Positions 17,335 through 20,000 of a DNA stretch of 20,000 nucleotides are shown here, piece after piece. The position numbers were made by a program, and so were the translations under genes. The notes beneath the pieces are model-generated. The model saw only the letters and a program-made list of their open reading frames with translations. It was not told the origin of the DNA and ran no database searches. The stretch is from IMG/VR virus record IMGVR_UViG_3300025660_000004; one strand, given 5' to 3'. Source of the DNA: an uncultured virus (IMG/VR IMGVR_UViG_3300025660_000004). Its lineage: Duplodnaviria; Heunggongvirae; Uroviricota; Caudoviricetes. How positions within the stretch are numbered: position 1 is the stretch's first letter; each line of letters opens with the position of its first letter.

Positions 17335-18017
17335 TTGAACAGGTCTCCGATGGGGTCGTCTGAGATGCCCTGAAGGTAGACCAGCTCGTCGTGCTTCTTG
17401 CCTGCTGCCGTGGACAGGGTGGCCAAGGGCACAAAGGGCAGCCAATCGGCACCCGTGCCCTCACAGGCGATGACGGCCCCCTTGCGGGCCTCCACCCACC
17501 GGGCCAGGGACTCGTAGTCGATCAGGTCGCTGCCGTGGCGATAGCCAGTGCCGGGCTCGCCCCGGTAGGGCGGGTCAATGAACCATGTGGCCTCGATGTC
17601 GGGGGCGTCGGTGTAGTCGCCCTCGATGATCTGCCAGTGCTTCACCTTGTAGACGTTGGCGGCCATGTACGGCTTACAGGCCTTCCATGAAGCGACCATC
17701 ATTGGGGTCGCTGTCGCCTTGCGGTAGGTGAACCATCGCTTGCTGAACATCGCCAGCAGGTGCCACACCTCGGCCGTCAGCTCGCCCTGCACCGGGTCAG
17801 GCAAGGCTCTGATGTCCTGCTCGGTCGCCTCCTCGATGAGCCATCGCCACAGGGCGACGATCTGAGCGTCCTTCTCCACCAGGATGACCTGCTTCTGCCA
17901 GCGAGAGCTGAACAGGGAGTAGGCCGCAGACCCAGCGAAGGGCTCCACGATGACCGGGTGGACCGGGTCAGGGTAGAGGCGTGCAGTCTGTTTCTTGCGG
18001 CCGTAGTAAACGAACAT
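17331..18017 (-). CDS. Dam/D12-like N6-adenine DNA methyltransferase, alpha class (228 aa)
   Basis: True start ATG 18017 (TGATG overlap); F.YYG.K, VEPFAGSAA (motif I) precedes FIDPPY (motif IV). Confidence 0.85.
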   Translation of the reverse strand: MFVYYGRKKQTARLYPDPVHPVIVEPFAGSAAYSLFSSRWQKQVILVEKDAQIVALWRWLIEEATEQDIRALPDPVQGELTAEVWHLLAMFSKRWFTYRKATATPMMVASWKACKPYMAANVYKVKHWQIIEGDYTDAPDIEATWFIDPPYRGEPGTGYRHGSDLIDYESLARWVEARKGAVIACEGTGADWLPFVPLATLSTAAGKKHDELVYLQGISDDPIGDLFK

Positions 18018-18520
18018 CAGGCCCGCTTGTCGCCGTGGCGGTAGGGCCTGGTCAGGTTGTAGGTGTGCTTCTCGACCAGCATCGCCTGGAGGTCGATGCC
18101 CGCCCACCCGCAGAAGTCCAGCACCCGGATGACGATGTCCGCCATCTCGCTCGGGATGCCCTCCGGCTTCGTCGGCTTCTCCGGCTTGTAGTACGTCTCG
18201 GTCGGGTCGTGACCCTCCCGGTGCTCCTCGAAGGCTTCGGCGACCTCGGTGGTGATCATCAGCAGCAGGTCACCGATGTTCTGCTCACCCGTCCGCCAGC
18301 CCTTGCTGTGGGCGTACTCGTCCACGGCGTCTTGCCATGAACGGATGGTCTGGGGGAGGTCGGCGTGGGCGTTCAGCTTCCGCCAGAGGGCCTGCTTGGC
18401 GGCCTCTGCCTTGAAGGCCTTCAGCTCCCGGAGCCACGTGGCGAGCTGGTCGTGTTCGGCCCCGCAGGCGGACGCTGCGGACTTCTCATCCGCGTGCGTG
18501 ATGGCGTCATCCAGGGTCAA
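18017..18520 (-). CDS. MazG-like nucleotide pyrophosphohydrolase with short N-terminal helical extension
   Basis: TTG start with GGAGG RBS; EVAEAFE...EMADIVIRVLD...K..YN..RPYRHG. Confidence 0.85.
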   Translation of the reverse strand: MTLDDAITHADEKSAASACGAEHDQLATWLRELKAFKAEAAKQALWRKLNAHADLPQTIRSWQDAVDEYAHSKGWRTGEQNIGDLLLMITTEVAEAFEEHREGHDPTETYYKPEKPTKPEGIPSEMADIVIRVLDFCGWAGIDLQAMLVEKHTYNLTRPYRHGDKRA

Positions 18521-18550
18521 GGGAGCCTCCGTTGAACGGTTGTAGACCGT

Positions 18551-19111
18551 CTACCCGGTGGCGTCGTACCAGCACCCCCGACACCGAGCCTCGTACTGCG
18601 AAGCTCCGACCTCGATCTGCTCCACCTTACCCGCGAGGTGGTAGCTCCTATTGGCCGGTTCCCCACACTGGATGCAGACCGCGTGCAGCTTCGTCACCGT
18701 CTCCGCGATGGCCATCAGACCGGGGATGGGACCGAATGGCTTGCCCGAAGAATCCAGGTCCAGACCCGCCACGATGACCCGCACTCCGAGGTTCGCCCAC
18801 CGCTCGCAGAAGTCCACCAGGTCCAGCCCGAAGAACTGTGCCTCGTCGATGCCGATGACATCGTGACCACGGGCGTTCCGCTCGATGGCCGCGATGGTCT
18901 TCAGCGGGTGGGCGTCGAAGGTGACCCCGGGGTTGCCATCGGCTCCGGGGTGTCCGCCGATCTTGGCGGTGTGGTAGCGGTCGTCGGAGGCGTGCTTGAA
19001 CGCCTTGACCGTCTTCTGCGCGATCCTCGCTCGCCGGAGCAGGCGGACCAGCTCTTCGGACTTGCCGCTGAACATGCAGCCGGTGATGACCTCGATTCGA
19101 CCTCGGTACAC
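18551..19111 (-). CDS. tdk: Thymidine kinase
   Basis: GCMFSGKSEEL, IGIDEAQFF, VIVAGLD, KLHAVC..C and YEARCR.C zinc site. Confidence 0.95.
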   Translation of the reverse strand: MYRGRIEVITGCMFSGKSEELVRLLRRARIAQKTVKAFKHASDDRYHTAKIGGHPGADGNPGVTFDAHPLKTIAAIERNARGHDVIGIDEAQFFGLDLVDFCERWANLGVRVIVAGLDLDSSGKPFGPIPGLMAIAETVTKLHAVCIQCGEPANRSYHLAGKVEQIEVGASQYEARCRGCWYDATG

Positions 19112-19123
19112 GGACGCCTCCGG

Positions 19124-19318
19124 TCAGGTGGGCTTGATGGGCTTCGGCGTCGGCTTGGGCTTCGGGGGGGTCTTCGGGTTGCCGTAGGGGCCACCGGGCC
19201 GGTAGTCAGCCAGGAAAGCGTCAGTCGGCTCCCCCATCGCCTTGAGCACCTTGTCGTGCTCCCCCTTGACCCATGCCTCTGCCAGCGATCTGCACTCGTC
19301 GATGGTTCGTGTGCTCAT
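19124..19318 (-). CDS. Small hypothetical protein with Pro/Lys-rich tail
   Basis: Fills the gap between tdk and the upstream gene on the same strand; GC3-rich codons. Confidence 0.6.
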   Translation of the reverse strand: MSTRTIDECRSLAEAWVKGEHDKVLKAMGEPTDAFLADYRPGGPYGNPKTPPKPKPTPKPIKPT

Positions 19319-19326
19319 GCTCGACC

Positions 19327-19794
19327 TTACCCGCCGCGCTCGATCCTCCGGTGGGGGCAGACCGTGTTTGCGGCGATGAAACGAGAGGCAACCCGGCTCG
19401 CTGACGGTCTGGGGTCAGAGACGCCCGCCACCAGCTCCTTGCGGATACCACGGACCTCCTGCGCGATGAGCGGCAGGGGTCGGTCGTCGTGAAACTCCTC
19501 CAGCCACGTCCGGGCCATGTCCGCCAGAGCCTCACCGAACTCGCGATAGGTCCCCACCTTGTCCAGCGTGGTCGCCTCCTCCGCGAACGCCTCGATGGTC
19601 ATCAGGTGCTTGCAGATGCAGTCGGGGCAGTGCTTGTACGGGTGCTGAAGGTGGTCCTCCAGCAGGAGCATCTGCTTGGCGATCTCCCGCAGGTTGAACA
19701 ACGGGTCCATCAAGCTCAGTCGCTCGACCTGCTCGCCACAGGCTGCCTTGAACCGGAGGGCTGCCTGACGACGCTGTGCGATGCGGTTGTCCAT
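19327..19794 (-). CDS. Hypothetical protein with LLEDHL..P..HCPDCICKH putative metal-binding motif
   Basis: ATG 19794; helical protein with a His/Cys cluster; C-terminal RVASRF. Confidence 0.75.
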   Translation of the reverse strand: MDNRIAQRRQAALRFKAACGEQVERLSLMDPLFNLREIAKQMLLLEDHLQHPYKHCPDCICKHLMTIEAFAEEATTLDKVGTYREFGEALADMARTWLEEFHDDRPLPLIAQEVRGIRKELVAGVSDPRPSASRVASRFIAANTVCPHRRIERGG

Positions 19795-19801
19795 CAACTA
19801 C

Positions 19802-19814
19802 CGGCTGGGATAGG
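19802..19814 (-). promoter_or_regulatory. Candidate second-class (late?) promoter element CCTATCCCAGCCG
   Basis: Near-identical to 5359-5371; about 8 nt upstream of ATG 19794, which has no clear RBS. Confidence 0.4.
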
Positions 19815-19824
19815 CGGACTAGCG

Positions 19825-19852
19825 GGCTCAGGTGCCCCGCCCGCTGCGTAGT
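19825..19852 (+). promoter_or_regulatory. Phage promoter motif GGCTCAG-N16-GTAGT, copy 5
   Basis: GGCTCAG gtgccccgcccgctgc GTAGTAG; upstream of GGAG RBS and ATG 19876. Confidence 0.75.
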
Positions 19853-19875
19853 AGATGTGAAGGACGGAGTACAGG

Positions 19876-20000
19876 ATGGCCACGCTCAGAGTGAACACCA
19901 CGAAGGCACGTCTCGACAAGGCGTATGCCGCTCTCATGGCCAACGCCAAGCTCCCCTTCGGTTCCGCCCGGCGGACCAGCACCGCCAACAACAGCACCCC
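19876..20000 (+). CDS. 5' part of a hypothetical gene running off the window (MATLRVNTTKARLDKAYAALMANAKLPFG...)
   Basis: Promoter motif, GGAG at 19866-19869, ATG 19876 and an open frame to the window end; not in the ORF track. Confidence 0.65.
   Translation, partial: MATLRVNTTKARLDKAYAALMANAKLPFGSARRTSTANNST

Noticed and set aside
11062..18017. Restriction-modification system
   Set aside because: No restriction endonuclease or specificity subunit is recognisable; these look like orphan methyltransferases.
307..19333. CGGGTA[AG] near four operon starts (307, 8917, 18552, 19328) as a third promoter class
   Set aside because: Short, also frequent inside coding regions (antisense of TAC CCG), two copies coincide with stop codons, and no shared upstream element was found.
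19794..19997. 67-aa minus-strand hydrophobic ORF
   Set aside because: Overlaps the divergent promoter region and the better-supported plus-strand gene at 19876.
1..20000. Stop-codon reassignment as the reason for a phage release factor
   Set aside because: Genes with recognisable C-termini end at TGA (methyltransferases, dNK) and TAG (tdk, RF), with tight ATGA overlaps; the standard code fits.

Overview
GC-rich, densely packed, phage-like DNA, most plausibly a large or jumbo tailed phage (inferred from gene content and ATGA/TGATG overlaps; no capsid or terminase gene is in the window). Left to right: the end of a Rho_N/HeH-domain gene; a small ORF coupled to a truncated RF1-type peptide release factor; a ~1170-aa multidomain protein with InPase and Dps/ferritin-like domains; a minus-strand block with a winged-helix protein, ADP-ribosylglycohydrolase and a RelA/SpoT-type HD hydrolase; a degenerate glutamine-synthetase-II-like gene plus deoxynucleoside kinase; a 438-bp repeat-rich non-coding gap; five tandem DNA methyltransferases (one with a LAGLIDADG intein); a MazG-like gene, tdk and hypothetical genes. 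Four signals are not visible in the ORF track. (1) The release factor starts at 682 and needs a prfB-type +1 frameshift (GGAGG-TCA-CTT-TGA-C), although it carries the RF1 PxT motif and lacks domain 1. (2) All five methyltransferases, from two unrelated classes, end in the same acidic D-[PL]-I-[GS]-[DE]-L-F-x tail, and the ADP-ribosylglycohydrolase ends in LDFLFDD; both resemble C-terminal sliding-clamp-binding peptides. (3) A bipartite motif GGCTCAG-N16-GTAGT occurs five times, each just upstream of a gene start. (4) Eight GAGAAWC repeats cluster in the non-coding gap.
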